From an uncultured Gemmatimonas sp. (GTDB taxonomy: Bacteria; Gemmatimonadota; Gemmatimonadetes; Gemmatimonadales; Gemmatimonadaceae), in the NCBI GenBank assembly GCA_964529705.1, contig CAZHAG010000003.1:1-60805 (forward strand): DNA of 60,805 bases, written 5' to 3'. A program made the position numbers and the translations under genes. This document shows, one piece after another, positions 1 to 9,658 of this stretch; positions within the stretch are counted from its first letter, which is position 1, and each line of letters begins with the position of its first letter. The notes beneath the pieces are model-generated. The model worked only from the letters and a program-made list of their open reading frames with translations. It had not been told where the DNA came from and searched no databases.

Positions 1-366
1 CCGAAGCTCACCGAACTGATCGACCGGGCGCGCGTCGCCCGTGCGATCGGCGACCTGCGGTCCGTCGCGCAGGAGCTCGCAGTGCGCGATTCCCTGCCCG
101 CATCCCTCTCGGACATCGGCCGCGGCACGCTGCGCGACCCCTGGGGGCGCTCCTACGTGTACGTCCGCCTCCCTGCCGCGGTCCCTCCCGCGCAGCCTGC
201 CGGCGCTCGCCTCGACCGGTTCGGCGTCGCGATAAATTCCCGGTTCGACCTCTACAGCAGCGGCCGCGACGGCGTCTCCTCCCTCTCGCTCACCGCGGCG
301 AACAGCCAGGACGACGTGGTGTCCGGCGGCGACGGCGGCTTCATGAGCCTGGCCTCGAGATACTGA
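1..366 (+). CDS. GspG/type IV pilin-like pseudopilin, 5'-truncated by the window edge
   Basis: Frame is open from base 1 (PKLTELIDRARVARAIGDLRSV..., pilin alpha1-like). Contains GspG-like motifs DPWGRSYVY and FDLYSSGRDG...DD. Confidence 0.7.
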   Translation, partial: PKLTELIDRARVARAIGDLRSVAQELAVRDSLPASLSDIGRGTLRDPWGRSYVYVRLPAAVPPAQPAGARLDRFGVAINSRFDLYSSGRDGVSSLSLTAANSQDDVVSGGDGGFMSLASRY

Positions 367-959
367 TGAGCGACTTCGACGAACGCCCCGCCCGCCGCTC
401 GACGACCAGCACCGGACGGGTGACCGCCACCCATCGCGTGCGCGGCGTGGAGGAGTCTCCGGAACTGCGGCAGACGCTCGAGCACATCGGCGAGCTGATG
501 CGACTGCCGCCCAAGCGCCCCACGGCCGCCGTCCAGGCGGTGCCGGATGCGGCGCCCACTCCCTCGATCCCGCTGGGAAAGGTCCCGGTGCTCCCGATCC
601 TGGCGGCCGTGGCGATCGTCGCGGCGGCGGTGGTCTATTTCTGGCCCAGCACGCCTGCGGTGGTGCCGCCGGGCCTCATCCGGGAGTGGAGCACGGATCA
701 CCAGAACTACGCCGACCGGAAGATCGCCTTCACCTCCACCTCGGTGCTGATCACTGCCGGCGCGAACCAGGCGGCGACGGTCTATCCGATCGAGTCGATC
801 ACCACGGAGCAGCGGGCGGACAGCATCCGCGTGGTCGTGACGTACACCGAGAACGGCGGTCCGATCGAACTCGAGGTCAGGCTGCTGGAGGGGTCGCAGC
901 CCCGCCTCTTCTTCTCACGTCCGGCCGGCCTCGTCTGGACACCCACCGCCGCGCCCTGA
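366..959 (+). CDS. Hypothetical single-pass membrane protein
   Basis: ATG overlaps the upstream TGA. One hydrophobic segment (VLPILAAVAIVAAAVVYFW) is followed by a beta-rich domain. Confidence 0.65.
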   Translation: MSDFDERPARRSTTSTGRVTATHRVRGVEESPELRQTLEHIGELMRLPPKRPTAAVQAVPDAAPTPSIPLGKVPVLPILAAVAIVAAAVVYFWPSTPAVVPPGLIREWSTDHQNYADRKIAFTSTSVLITAGANQAATVYPIESITTEQRADSIRVVVTYTENGGPIELEVRLLEGSQPRLFFSRPAGLVWTPTAAP

Positions 960-1047
960 CGTACAGTTGAAGCGCGGACCCGCCGCGCGCATGGTGCACA
1001 TCTCCGACTCCTCGGCGGCAGGCCGGACCGCGCGACCCGGGCCCCGC

Positions 1048-2208
1048 TCAGTACTCCACGAAGTAGCGCTGCACCGCGCGCGGGTCGCGCGTCCTGGTGA
1101 GCGCCAGCATGAGCAGGATCCGCGCCTTCTGCGGGGTGAGATGCTGCGCCACCACCATCGGCGGCGCCGGTGGCTCCTGTGGCGCGGACCGGGCCGCGCT
1201 GTCTGACGCCGCACTCGAGTCCGCGCGCGCAGCGGCCCCGCGCCCAGCGTCCGGCGGCGGCGGGGAGTTCACGTTGTCCCCCGACGGGAAGGCACTCACC
1301 ACCACGACCCCCTCCACCCGCAGTTTGCGGTACTCCACCGACTCGGCGCGCGTGAACCCCGTGGTGGCGACCACCACACCGTCCGGCGTGCCGTCGAAGC
1401 GCGGCCCGGTGCCCCCCGGGTACGAGAAGGTCAGCTCCACGCGCGGCAACGAGTCGACCCCACGCAGGTCGAACTCGCTCGCCGGACCGTGCCGGCGAGC
1501 CGGCGCGAAGAGGAACTCCGGCCCGCCGGACGAGACCACTCCGAGCATCCCCATCTCGCCGCCCGTGAAGCCCCCCGTGCGCTGATAGTGCTTGCGCACC
1601 TCGCGCGCCGAGATGATCCGGTCGTCCATCACGACAAGCACGCCCTTGCCCACGGCCTGTGGTGCGACCGCCGTCCGGACCGCGGCCAGCAGGTTGATCG
1701 GCCCGTCGGGGCTGATCCCGGTGGCCGGACGCTGTGCCCCCACGACCACCACCGGCTTGTCGGAGCGCACCGTGAGGTAGAGGAAGAATGCCGTCTCCTC
1801 CAGCCGGTCGGTCCCGTGCGTGACCACGACGCCGGCGATGTCCGCGCGCTCGGCGAGCACCGTGTTGATCCGTCGCGAGAGGGCCACCCACTGCGCCGGC
1901 GTGATGAGCGGACTCGCCACGTTCGAGAACTGCTCCGCCTCCACCACGGCGTGGCGCGAGAGCTCGGGCACGGAAGCGACCACCTCCGCCGCGGTCAGCG
2001 CACCGGCGCGATAGCCGCCGAGGGTCCCCGGCGCATCCTGCACGCCGGCGATCGTGCCCCCGGTGGCGACGATCAGCACCTTCGGGCGAGCGGGGCCGGC
2101 GCCGGGCGCGGCCGCCTGCGCAGCCACGCGGCCGACCGGTACGAGGAGGAGGAACGCCGCGAGGGCGTGAGGGACGAACGATCGGGTCGAGCGGCGGGTG
2201 GTCGGCAT
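1048..2208 (-). CDS. Secreted L-asparaginase/glutaminase (type II-like)
   Basis: Signal peptide, plus ATGGTIAG, HGTDRLEET and VRK catalytic motifs, and C-terminal LTPQKARILLMLAL. Confidence 0.9.
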   Translation of the reverse strand: MPTTRRSTRSFVPHALAAFLLLVPVGRVAAQAAAPGAGPARPKVLIVATGGTIAGVQDAPGTLGGYRAGALTAAEVVASVPELSRHAVVEAEQFSNVASPLITPAQWVALSRRINTVLAERADIAGVVVTHGTDRLEETAFFLYLTVRSDKPVVVVGAQRPATGISPDGPINLLAAVRTAVAPQAVGKGVLVVMDDRIISAREVRKHYQRTGGFTGGEMGMLGVVSSGGPEFLFAPARRHGPASEFDLRGVDSLPRVELTFSYPGGTGPRFDGTPDGVVVATTGFTRAESVEYRKLRVEGVVVVSAFPSGDNVNSPPPPDAGRGAAARADSSAASDSAARSAPQEPPAPPMVVAQHLTPQKARILLMLALTRTRDPRAVQRYFVEY

Positions 2209-2255
2209 CCGGGGGAATCAGCGCCGCGACCCGGGCCATGTCCAGCAGGGCCGAC

Positions 2256-2945
2256 TCAGCGCGTGAGGCGTCCGAGTCCGTAGGCCAGGCCGAGCGAGAC
2301 CGCTTGCCGCTCCCCCAGCCCCACCGCCGTGCGGAAGACGAAGCGTCGCTCGACGTCCAGCGCGAGGTCCGCCCCCACCTCGAATGCGGGCGTGACGGTG
2401 AACTCCTCGGCCGGTGCGGCGCCACCCAATCGCATGTCCGCAGCGAACCCCGCCGACGCCCAGGGCGCCAGCCAGACGGAGCCCGACGTCCACGAGACGC
2501 CGGCGGTGAGCCCCACGGGGACGGTCAGGATGGTGTAATCGCCGAAGCTGACCCCGGCACCGCTCTGCCAGTCGACGGCCAGCGAACGCAGGCTCCCGCC
2601 GCGCCGGAGCGGCACCTGGAGGTCGACGCCGCCAAGGACCGCGGAGCTCCCTTCGGCACCCCGCCCCATCGCGGTGCGGAAGCGGAGTCCGTCCGGGAGT
2701 CGCGCGGGCGCCCAGGTGGCCAGCAGGGCCCCCTCGGACCCCGGGAGCGCGTCCGACCGCACCCAGTGCACACCGAGCCCGGACGAGCCATGGGGCGAGA
2801 CCAGCCGCGGGGAGTCCGGGGCGAGCTGCGCGGCCGCCGAGGTGGGGGTCGCGACCGCGAGCAGGACCCGCAGGAAGGCGAGCGGACGCAGGTGGCCCAC
2901 CATGCGCCCGAGTCCGGAGCGCCCGAATACGGACGTGCGCGGCAT
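2256..2945 (-). CDS. Hypothetical exported protein, probable outer-membrane beta-barrel
   Basis: ATG at 2945 overlaps the upstream TGA. Signal peptide ends in AAAQ, followed by alternating amphipathic beta-strands (WQSGAGVSFG, LAPWASAGFA, FEVGADLAL). Confidence 0.6.
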   Translation of the reverse strand: MPRTSVFGRSGLGRMVGHLRPLAFLRVLLAVATPTSAAAQLAPDSPRLVSPHGSSGLGVHWVRSDALPGSEGALLATWAPARLPDGLRFRTAMGRGAEGSSAVLGGVDLQVPLRRGGSLRSLAVDWQSGAGVSFGDYTILTVPVGLTAGVSWTSGSVWLAPWASAGFAADMRLGGAAPAEEFTVTPAFEVGADLALDVERRFVFRTAVGLGERQAVSLGLAYGLGRLTR

Positions 2946-4183
2946 CAGTTCGGCGCCCGGACGCCCGGGCCGTTGTAGTCGCGGTCCTTGCCCATCACGG
3001 TCCCGTGCAGGTCGAGCCCGGAGTTGTCGTGACGTCCGATCCACTGTCGGATCGATCCCACGAACGGCTCCGTGCGCCCGTTGCGACCGAGCGGGTCGGT
3101 GTACCAGACCGTCGGCCCGTCGGCGTTGCGAACGTTGTTGCCGTTCACGTCGACGAAGCGGCGCACACCCTTGAACGGCGAGCGTGGGTCGTCCCACGCC
3201 ACCGAGTCCGTGCCCAGCGACTCGCAACGGTCCTGTCCGCGGACGCCCGCGCGGTAGCAGAGGTCGATCGGCCGCCCCATCGAGCGATCGAGCGTCGCAT
3301 CGTGGTAGCGACTGGGGTCCATCACCTGGTAGTAGGGATTGAACGAGACGAGCGTACGGCCGTTCGCCGCCCGGAGCGAGGCGCTCACCTCCCAGCTCTC
3401 GCGCAGCGCGGAATCGAAGCGCGGCCGTCCCCCCGAGGCGTTCAACACGTTCTCCGAGATGCACGCCGCGTCGGGGAGCGCCCGCTTGCCGCCGCCAGAG
3501 GGCGAGTTCGGCGGGTTCGCGATCCCCACGGTCACGTGCCGCTCCCGGTCACAGGAGGCCACGAGCTCCCCCGGCGTGCCGATCGGCGTGAGCAGGGTCG
3601 CGCTGAACGCGGTGCCGTCCGTGCAGCGCAGGTGGTAGACCACCTCGTGCATGTTGTTGGTGAACGCGTCGGGTGAGTGCGTGCCCTGATGCAGCTTCGT
3701 AAGCACATCGCAGTAGACGGCGAGCGTGGCCGTGCCGGTGTTCGCGGCGCGCATCAACATCCGGTTCTCCCACTCGACCTTGTGGCCGACATGGTCCTCG
3801 TGCCGGTGCGTGCCGAAGCCGCTCTCAGCCAGATGCTCGTTGGCATAGCCGAAGGGGATGTCCCCGACCTCGGCGTAGAGCGCCGAGCCCCGCGGGTCTC
3901 GCCCGTGCTCGTGCCCGAAGGTGCAGCCGGAGGCCGGGTCCACCGGGGGATGCCAGGTGGGGTAGCGGAGTCCGTCCGGACCGACCGTGCTGTAGCTCTC
4001 GTGGATCGCCCGGGTGCAGGTGTCGGGGCCCGAGGGGGACCAGACACCGAGGGCGACGGAGACCCCGACCTCGGCCACCGGATCGAAGCGCGGCGGCGAC
4101 GTGAGGGACGCGGAATCACACGAGGCGGCCGCCCAGACGAGGAGCAGCATCGAACCCTTGAACGAACGACTGGACGCGCGCAT
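2945..4183 (-). CDS. His/Cys-rich lipoprotein of unknown function
   Basis: GGAGGAGG RBS before ATG 4183; lipobox AASC; motifs YPTWHPP, CTFGHEHG, HRHEDHVGHK, KLHQGTHS, NNMHE. Confidence 0.75.
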   Translation of the reverse strand: MRASSRSFKGSMLLLVWAAASCDSASLTSPPRFDPVAEVGVSVALGVWSPSGPDTCTRAIHESYSTVGPDGLRYPTWHPPVDPASGCTFGHEHGRDPRGSALYAEVGDIPFGYANEHLAESGFGTHRHEDHVGHKVEWENRMLMRAANTGTATLAVYCDVLTKLHQGTHSPDAFTNNMHEVVYHLRCTDGTAFSATLLTPIGTPGELVASCDRERHVTVGIANPPNSPSGGGKRALPDAACISENVLNASGGRPRFDSALRESWEVSASLRAANGRTLVSFNPYYQVMDPSRYHDATLDRSMGRPIDLCYRAGVRGQDRCESLGTDSVAWDDPRSPFKGVRRFVDVNGNNVRNADGPTVWYTDPLGRNGRTEPFVGSIRQWIGRHDNSGLDLHGTVMGKDRDYNGPGVRAPN

Positions 4184-4282
4184 AGCGACCTCCTCCGTCA
4201 CGTCGCCGTGACCGATTCGGGAGCCGGTGACCCGGACTGCCGGGCCTGACACGCTCCATGTTCCCGCTCGACGACCACACGA

Positions 4283-4867
4283 CTACCGTCGGCGCAGCTG
4301 CACCGCCCCACGGATGGCACTCAGTCCCACGCTGTTGATCACGGTCGCGTTCCCGTTCTTGAGCGGCGCGAACGACGCGGCATCGAAGGTCACCACGTTC
4401 CCCACGACGTACCGCCCGAACGCCGGGAGGTCCCACCCGGCACCGATCGTGAGCCTCGGCGCGTCATACGAGAAGTCGCCGGCCCGATATCCGGTCCAGC
4501 CGATCCCACCGACGAGATAAAGCCCGCGCGCCGGGTTCGGCGTCAGGTGCCCCACAACGCCGAGCCCGTAGGTCTGCTCGCGTACCGCCGCGTCCTTGTG
4601 CGACCAGCGGCTGAACTCGAGCCCCACCCGAAGCTTCCGACCGGCGTACCCGCCCATCGTGGCCGTGACTGCGGGTCCGGCATCCCACGACGCCTGGCAG
4701 ATGTCGCAGGTGAGCCGGCCCGCCGCCCCACCGATCGTGAGCTCGTACCAGATCCCCGAGCGCGTTTCCTGCGCTCCGAGCTGGGCCGGGAGCAGCGCGC
4801 AGACCGTGGCGATCAGCGCGCACTGGGCGAGGCGACGTGCGGTTCCGACGAGTCCATGATGTCGCAC
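4283..4867 (-). CDS. Hypothetical exported beta-barrel-like protein with CxxC
   Basis: GGAGGG RBS before GTG 4867; signal peptide ending LGAQ; CDIC motif; amphipathic strands (LYLVGGIGW, LTIGAGWDL). Confidence 0.6.
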   Translation of the reverse strand: MRHHGLVGTARRLAQCALIATVCALLPAQLGAQETRSGIWYELTIGGAAGRLTCDICQASWDAGPAVTATMGGYAGRKLRVGLEFSRWSHKDAAVREQTYGLGVVGHLTPNPARGLYLVGGIGWTGYRAGDFSYDAPRLTIGAGWDLPAFGRYVVGNVVTFDAASFAPLKNGNATVINSVGLSAIRGAVQLRRR

Positions 4868-4963
4868 GATCCCTCCGGGTGGCGGCGTGAGCGTCCTGTC
4901 ATCCTGACGGCCCGCGCGCACCTCCGGAACCGGCGAGTGCCACAAAGTGATGCCGGTGGATGG

Positions 4964-7057
4964 TCAGCCGACGCGGAAGAGCTCCAGCGCCCTTCCAAAT
5001 TGACGGCGCAGCGTCTCCTGCATCCGCTTGTGCTCGGGACGGCCGAGCGTGGGATCCTCCGCGAGCAGCCGCTCGGCCGCGGCGCGCGCGAGGTCGCTCA
5101 GCTCGGTGTCGCGCAGCGGGTCGGCGACCTTGAAGGTGGGCACGCCGCTCTGCCGCTCGCCGAAGAGGTCTCCCATCCCGCGCAGCTCGAGGTCGGCGCG
5201 CGCGATCTCGAACCCGTCCTCGGTGTCGAGGAAGTGCTGGAGCCGGTCCGCGGCCTCGGGACTCACGTCGCCCAGCAGGATGCAGTAGGACTCCTCCGCC
5301 CCGCGCCCCACGCGCCCCCGCAGCTGGTGCAGCTGAGAGAGCCCGAACCGCTCGGGATGCTCGATCAGCATCACGGTGGCGTTCGGCACGTCGATCCCCA
5401 CCTCGATCACGGTGGTCGAGACGAGTGCGTCGAGCGCGCCGTCGCGGAAGCGTCGCATCGTCTCGTCCTTCTCGTCGGCGGGGAGGCGTCCGTGCAGGAG
5501 CGCCACGCGGCGCCCGTGGAGCACCCCGGCCGTGAGCTCCTCGTACGCGGACTTGGCCGCCTTCAGCGCGCTCTTCTCCGACTCCTCGATGAGCGGGTAG
5601 ACGATGTACGCCTGGCGACCCGCGTCGAGCTGCCGCACCACGAAGTCGAGCACGCGCGCACGCGCCTTCTCCGGGCGGAGCGCGGTGGTGATCGGCTGCC
5701 GCCCCGGCGGGCGCTCATCGAGGATGCTCACGTCAAGGTCGCCGTAGAGCGTGAGCGCGAGCGAGCGGGGGATGGGCGTCGCCGACATCAGGAGGACGTC
5801 GGGCTGCTCGGCGCCGCGGCCCCGTTCGCCGAGGAGCCGGCGCTGGTCCACGCCGAAGCGGTGCTGCTCGTCGATGATCGCGAGCCCCAGCCGCGCGAAC
5901 CGGGTGCCTTCCTGCACGAGGGCGTGCGTCCCGACCGCGATGAGCGGTTCCCCGCTCTCGAGTCGCGTCGCGGCGAGCCGCCGTTCCTTCGCGGTGCGCG
6001 AGCCGGTGACCAGTTCGGGGACGATGCCGAGCGGCGCGAGGAGCCGGTCGATCGTCCGCGCGTGCTGCTCGGCGAGGAGCTCCGTGGGCGCCATGAACGC
6101 CACCTGGTAGCCGTTCTCGAGCGCGAGTAGCGCGGCGAAGAGTGCGACGACGGTCTTCCCGCTCCCCACATCTCCCTGCAACAGGCGGTGCATGCGGAAC
6201 TCGGTGCCCATGTCCGCCACGATCTCCCGCACCGCGCGCACTTGGGCTCCCGTCAGCGCGAAGGGAAGCGCCTTCTTGAGGCGCGTGGTGAGCGTCCGCT
6301 TCCGCTCGAACCGGATGCCGTCGCGCCGCTCCCGCGCGAGCGCGCGGGCGCGCCGCTGCAGCAGGTGCACGAAGAGCAGCTCCTCGTACGCCAGCCGTGC
6401 GCGTCCCTCGAGCGCCGCGGCCACCGAGGTCGGGCGGTGTACCGCGCGCAGCGCGTCGGGAAGCGGAGGTACGCCTGCCTCGACCAGCATCGGCGCGGGG
6501 AGGTACTCCGAGACCAGGGGCAGGAGCGCATCGAGATGCTTCTCGATCAGCCCGCGCAGCACCTTGAACGAAAGCCCCTCCGTCGCCGGGTACACGGCGA
6601 GCACGCGCCCTCCCATCGTCGCGTCCGCGTCGGCGCCGAGGTTCACGAACTCGCGCGGCGAGAGCTGGCGCCCATGGTAGAAGCGCACGGGGCCGCTCAG
6701 CAGGAGCACGTCCCCTTTCTGGATCTGCCGGTCGAGCCAGGGCTGCCCCGGCCACCCCGCCTCGATGAGTCCCGAGGCATCCTGCACGACGGCCTGGAAG
6801 ACGCGGAGCCCCTTCCGCGTCGGGAGGATCCCCTTGGAGACCACCGTGCCGATCACCGTCGCATCATCGCCGATGCGGAGCTTGGCGATCTGCGCGACGG
6901 TGCTCGCGTCCTCGTACCGGTGCGGGATGTGGAAGAGCAGGTCGCGCGCGGTGAAGATGTTCAGCCGCTTGAGTTGCTCGGCGCGCCGAGGGCCGACCCC
7001 GGTGAGGTAGGTGACCGGGGTCTCCAGCGTCAGGCGCGGACCGGCGGCCGGCGTCAC
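4964..7057 (-). CDS. recG: ATP-dependent DNA helicase RecG
   Basis: LTGVGPRR, P.RYED, LQGDVGSGKT, DEQHRFG, SATPIPR and QLHQLRGRVGRG motifs. GTG overlaps the ftsY stop. Confidence 0.97.
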   Translation of the reverse strand: MTPAAGPRLTLETPVTYLTGVGPRRAEQLKRLNIFTARDLLFHIPHRYEDASTVAQIAKLRIGDDATVIGTVVSKGILPTRKGLRVFQAVVQDASGLIEAGWPGQPWLDRQIQKGDVLLLSGPVRFYHGRQLSPREFVNLGADADATMGGRVLAVYPATEGLSFKVLRGLIEKHLDALLPLVSEYLPAPMLVEAGVPPLPDALRAVHRPTSVAAALEGRARLAYEELLFVHLLQRRARALARERRDGIRFERKRTLTTRLKKALPFALTGAQVRAVREIVADMGTEFRMHRLLQGDVGSGKTVVALFAALLALENGYQVAFMAPTELLAEQHARTIDRLLAPLGIVPELVTGSRTAKERRLAATRLESGEPLIAVGTHALVQEGTRFARLGLAIIDEQHRFGVDQRRLLGERGRGAEQPDVLLMSATPIPRSLALTLYGDLDVSILDERPPGRQPITTALRPEKARARVLDFVVRQLDAGRQAYIVYPLIEESEKSALKAAKSAYEELTAGVLHGRRVALLHGRLPADEKDETMRRFRDGALDALVSTTVIEVGIDVPNATVMLIEHPERFGLSQLHQLRGRVGRGAEESYCILLGDVSPEAADRLQHFLDTEDGFEIARADLELRGMGDLFGERQSGVPTFKVADPLRDTELSDLARAAAERLLAEDPTLGRPEHKRMQETLRRQFGRALELFRVG

Positions 7058-7986
7058 CCCTCCAGCAGCTCGCGCACGAAGGCGTCCGCGTCGAAGGGCA
7101 CCAGGTCCGCCGCCTGCTCCCCGACGCCGATGAACTTCACGGGCACGTCGATCGCCTCGTGCACCGCGAGCACCACGCCCCCGCGCGCCGTGCCGTCGAG
7201 CTTCGTCACCACGAGCCCCGTGACCGGCACCGCCTCGGCGAAGGTGCGCGCCTGCACCACCGCGTTCTGGCCCACCGTGCCGTCGAGCACGAGGAGGGCC
7301 TCGTGCGGCGCGCCGGGGAGCCTCTTCTGCACCACGCGCTGCACCTTGCGCAGTTCCTCCATGAGGGCGCCACTCGTGTGCAGCCGGCCCGCGGTGTCGA
7401 TCAGGATCACGTCCACGCCGCGCGCGACCCCCGCGTCGATCGCCTGCCACGCCACCGCGCCCGGATCGCCCCCCGGTGCGCCGCCGATGAACTCAGCCCC
7501 CGTGCGCTCGGCCCAGACCTTCAGCTGGTCGATCGCCCCTGCGCGGAAGGTGTCCCCCGCGCCGACGAGGACGCGCTTCCCCTCCCTCCCGAGGCGCGAC
7601 GCAAGCTTCCCGATGAAGGTCGTCTTCCCCGCACCGTTGACGCCGAGCACGAGGATCACCGTGGGTCCCTCCGCGGCGAACTGGAGTCGCGCGTCCGCGT
7701 TCCCGGCCCGGAGCGCCTCGACGATCCCCGTGCGCAACGCACCCTGGAACTGCTCCGCCGTCTTCACCGCCCCGCGCGACGCCTGGTGGCGCACCGCGTC
7801 CACGAGCCGCACGGTGACCGGCACCCCGAAGTCCGACTCGAGGAGGAGCTGCTCGAGCGACTCCAGCGAGCCCGCATCCACGCCGCCGCGCGCGAGCACC
7901 GTGACGTCGGTGAGCGCGACGTCCTTGATCCGCTGCCAGAGGGAGCGGCGCGGCGTGTCGTCCTTGCGTCGGGAGAGGAGGGCCAT
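7054..7986 (-). CDS. ftsY: SRP receptor FtsY (NG domain only)
   Basis: GVNGAGKTT, DTFRAGA, DTAGRL and TKLDGTARGG motifs. Confidence 0.97.
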   Translation of the reverse strand: MALLSRRKDDTPRRSLWQRIKDVALTDVTVLARGGVDAGSLESLEQLLLESDFGVPVTVRLVDAVRHQASRGAVKTAEQFQGALRTGIVEALRAGNADARLQFAAEGPTVILVLGVNGAGKTTFIGKLASRLGREGKRVLVGAGDTFRAGAIDQLKVWAERTGAEFIGGAPGGDPGAVAWQAIDAGVARGVDVILIDTAGRLHTSGALMEELRKVQRVVQKRLPGAPHEALLVLDGTVGQNAVVQARTFAEAVPVTGLVVTKLDGTARGGVVLAVHEAIDVPVKFIGVGEQAADLVPFDADAFVRELLEG

Positions 7987-8028
7987 CGGTCGGGTGAAGG
8001 AGTACGGACGGTCGGTGGCCCGGCAGGA

Positions 8029-9615
8029 TCAGCGCAAGCCGATCCGTCGTCGCAGGAGCCATTCCGCGCAGAGCGCCGCGATCGCGACCAGTGCCAGCCA
8101 CCAGGCGCCGAGGGCGCGCGGTGCCCGGTCGAGCGGCACGCCGTCCCCGATCTCGCCGGCGCTGACGGTGGGACGTCGCGGCACCCATTCGCGCGCCAGG
8201 CCGCCGCGCCCTGCGGGTGACGGGCCGGCGTTCGGCTCCGCCCCGACCCAGTCGAATATACTCCCCCACATCGCATTGAAGGCGTCCGCGGTGCGGCCGC
8301 CCCGCATGCGCCAGCGCCACATCCCCGTTGCGGGCACGAGGGCCGTCCGTCGCGCTTCGTCGGTGAGCGTCACGACCACCCTCTCGTCGAACCGGCGGGC
8401 GCGGCGGGCCAGCACGGCGGAGAAGCCGGGAGCGCGTGTGGCGGCCACTTCGATGGGCGGGAGCGAGTCCCACGGCACGCCAGCGAGCGCCGCGACGATC
8501 GGGGAGTCCCCCGTGGCCGACGGATAGTAGTCGTCACCTCCCGGGGCTGGCGGGGCGAGAAGGACGAGCGCGCCGGCGCCGAGCGCGCGAGGAGACCCGA
8601 AGATCGCGGTGTCACCATGGAGCACGAGGAGGGGCGTCGACGCGGCGGCGCGGCGGACCTCGGCCTCGGTCGCGGGCCGCATCGCGCCGTCCACGCGCCA
8701 GGAGTTGGGCGCCACGCGCCAGAACCCCTGCACCGGGCCGCGACGCGTCCCGCGCAACACTGCGAGCGCGAAACGCGCGTCGGCGTCCGGCGAGGTGGAG
8801 ACGAAGGTCGCCGCGGCCGCGCCGGAGACCACGAGCGCCGCGCTGGCCGTGTCGTTCGCCGGGACCGCGTCCCCCGCGTCGAGCGCCACGCGGAGGCGCC
8901 GCGTGGCATCGTTGGCGGGCACCGCGAGCGGGACGCGAAGCTCGCGCTCCTCGAACGGCTCGAGTGCCGGCAGCGCCTCGGCGTGCACGGCGCGGCCGTC
9001 CAGCGTCATCTCGAGCCGGGTGGCGTTCGAGCCGGCGCTCCCGCCGCGCACCACGATCCGGACCGTGATGGTGTCGCCGCCGAGCGCCCCTCCGGGCGCG
9101 TCGAGCACGGCCAGCGCGGCGTCGGCACGCGCCGTCGCGGCGACGACGCGCACCGAGGATCCCCTGGGGAGTCGCGCGAGGCGCTCCGGGTCGTCGATCG
9201 CGCCATCGGTGACGAGCACCAGCGGGCGCCCGACGGCGAGTGCCGACTCCACGAGCGGCCCCACGAGCGAGGCGCGGTCGGCGGGGACCGAGGGGGCGGA
9301 ATCGGCGCGCACCGAGTCGCCGAAGAGGAGCACCGCGTCCGCTCCCTCGCGCCGGAGCGAGTCCACCGTGAGGAGCGCGCGGCGCCACGCCGTGGTGTCG
9401 CCCGAGGCGCGCCAGCTGGCGGAGGCGTCGAGTCCCACCCAGGGAGCGAGAGGCCGGCTGGGGCCCAGGGGCGCGTCCAGGAAGAGCGCCACGGCCGCGG
9501 TGCCCGCCAGGGCGCGCAGGACGAACACGGCCAGCGCATCGCGCGTGGGACGCACGCGATAGGCCAGGGCCGCGAGGAGGAGCCCCGCGACGAGGGCAAG
9601 GAGCCAGGAGAGCAT
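8029..9615 (-). CDS. Membrane protein with degenerate vWA and Ig/CARDB-like domains
   Basis: N-terminal TMs; DASAS and VTDG vWA-like motifs; D.VPAND Ig-like end; C-terminal TM ending AEWLLRRRIGL. Confidence 0.65.
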   Translation of the reverse strand: MLSWLLALVAGLLLAALAYRVRPTRDALAVFVLRALAGTAAVALFLDAPLGPSRPLAPWVGLDASASWRASGDTTAWRRALLTVDSLRREGADAVLLFGDSVRADSAPSVPADRASLVGPLVESALAVGRPLVLVTDGAIDDPERLARLPRGSSVRVVAATARADAALAVLDAPGGALGGDTITVRIVVRGGSAGSNATRLEMTLDGRAVHAEALPALEPFEERELRVPLAVPANDATRRLRVALDAGDAVPANDTASAALVVSGAAAATFVSTSPDADARFALAVLRGTRRGPVQGFWRVAPNSWRVDGAMRPATEAEVRRAAASTPLLVLHGDTAIFGSPRALGAGALVLLAPPAPGGDDYYPSATGDSPIVAALAGVPWDSLPPIEVAATRAPGFSAVLARRARRFDERVVVTLTDEARRTALVPATGMWRWRMRGGRTADAFNAMWGSIFDWVGAEPNAGPSPAGRGGLAREWVPRRPTVSAGEIGDGVPLDRAPRALGAWWLALVAIAALCAEWLLRRRIGLR

Positions 9616-9658
9616 CAGGGAGAGGAAGGGCTGCCCGTACTACGCAGCCGCATCGCCC

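Noticed and set aside
1160-1265. Pro/Ala-rich insertion in the asparaginase C-terminal domain
   Set aside because: Probably a variable low-complexity loop; the frame and motifs are intact.
7054-7986. FtsY lacking the acidic N-terminal domain
   Set aside because: Common in many bacteria.
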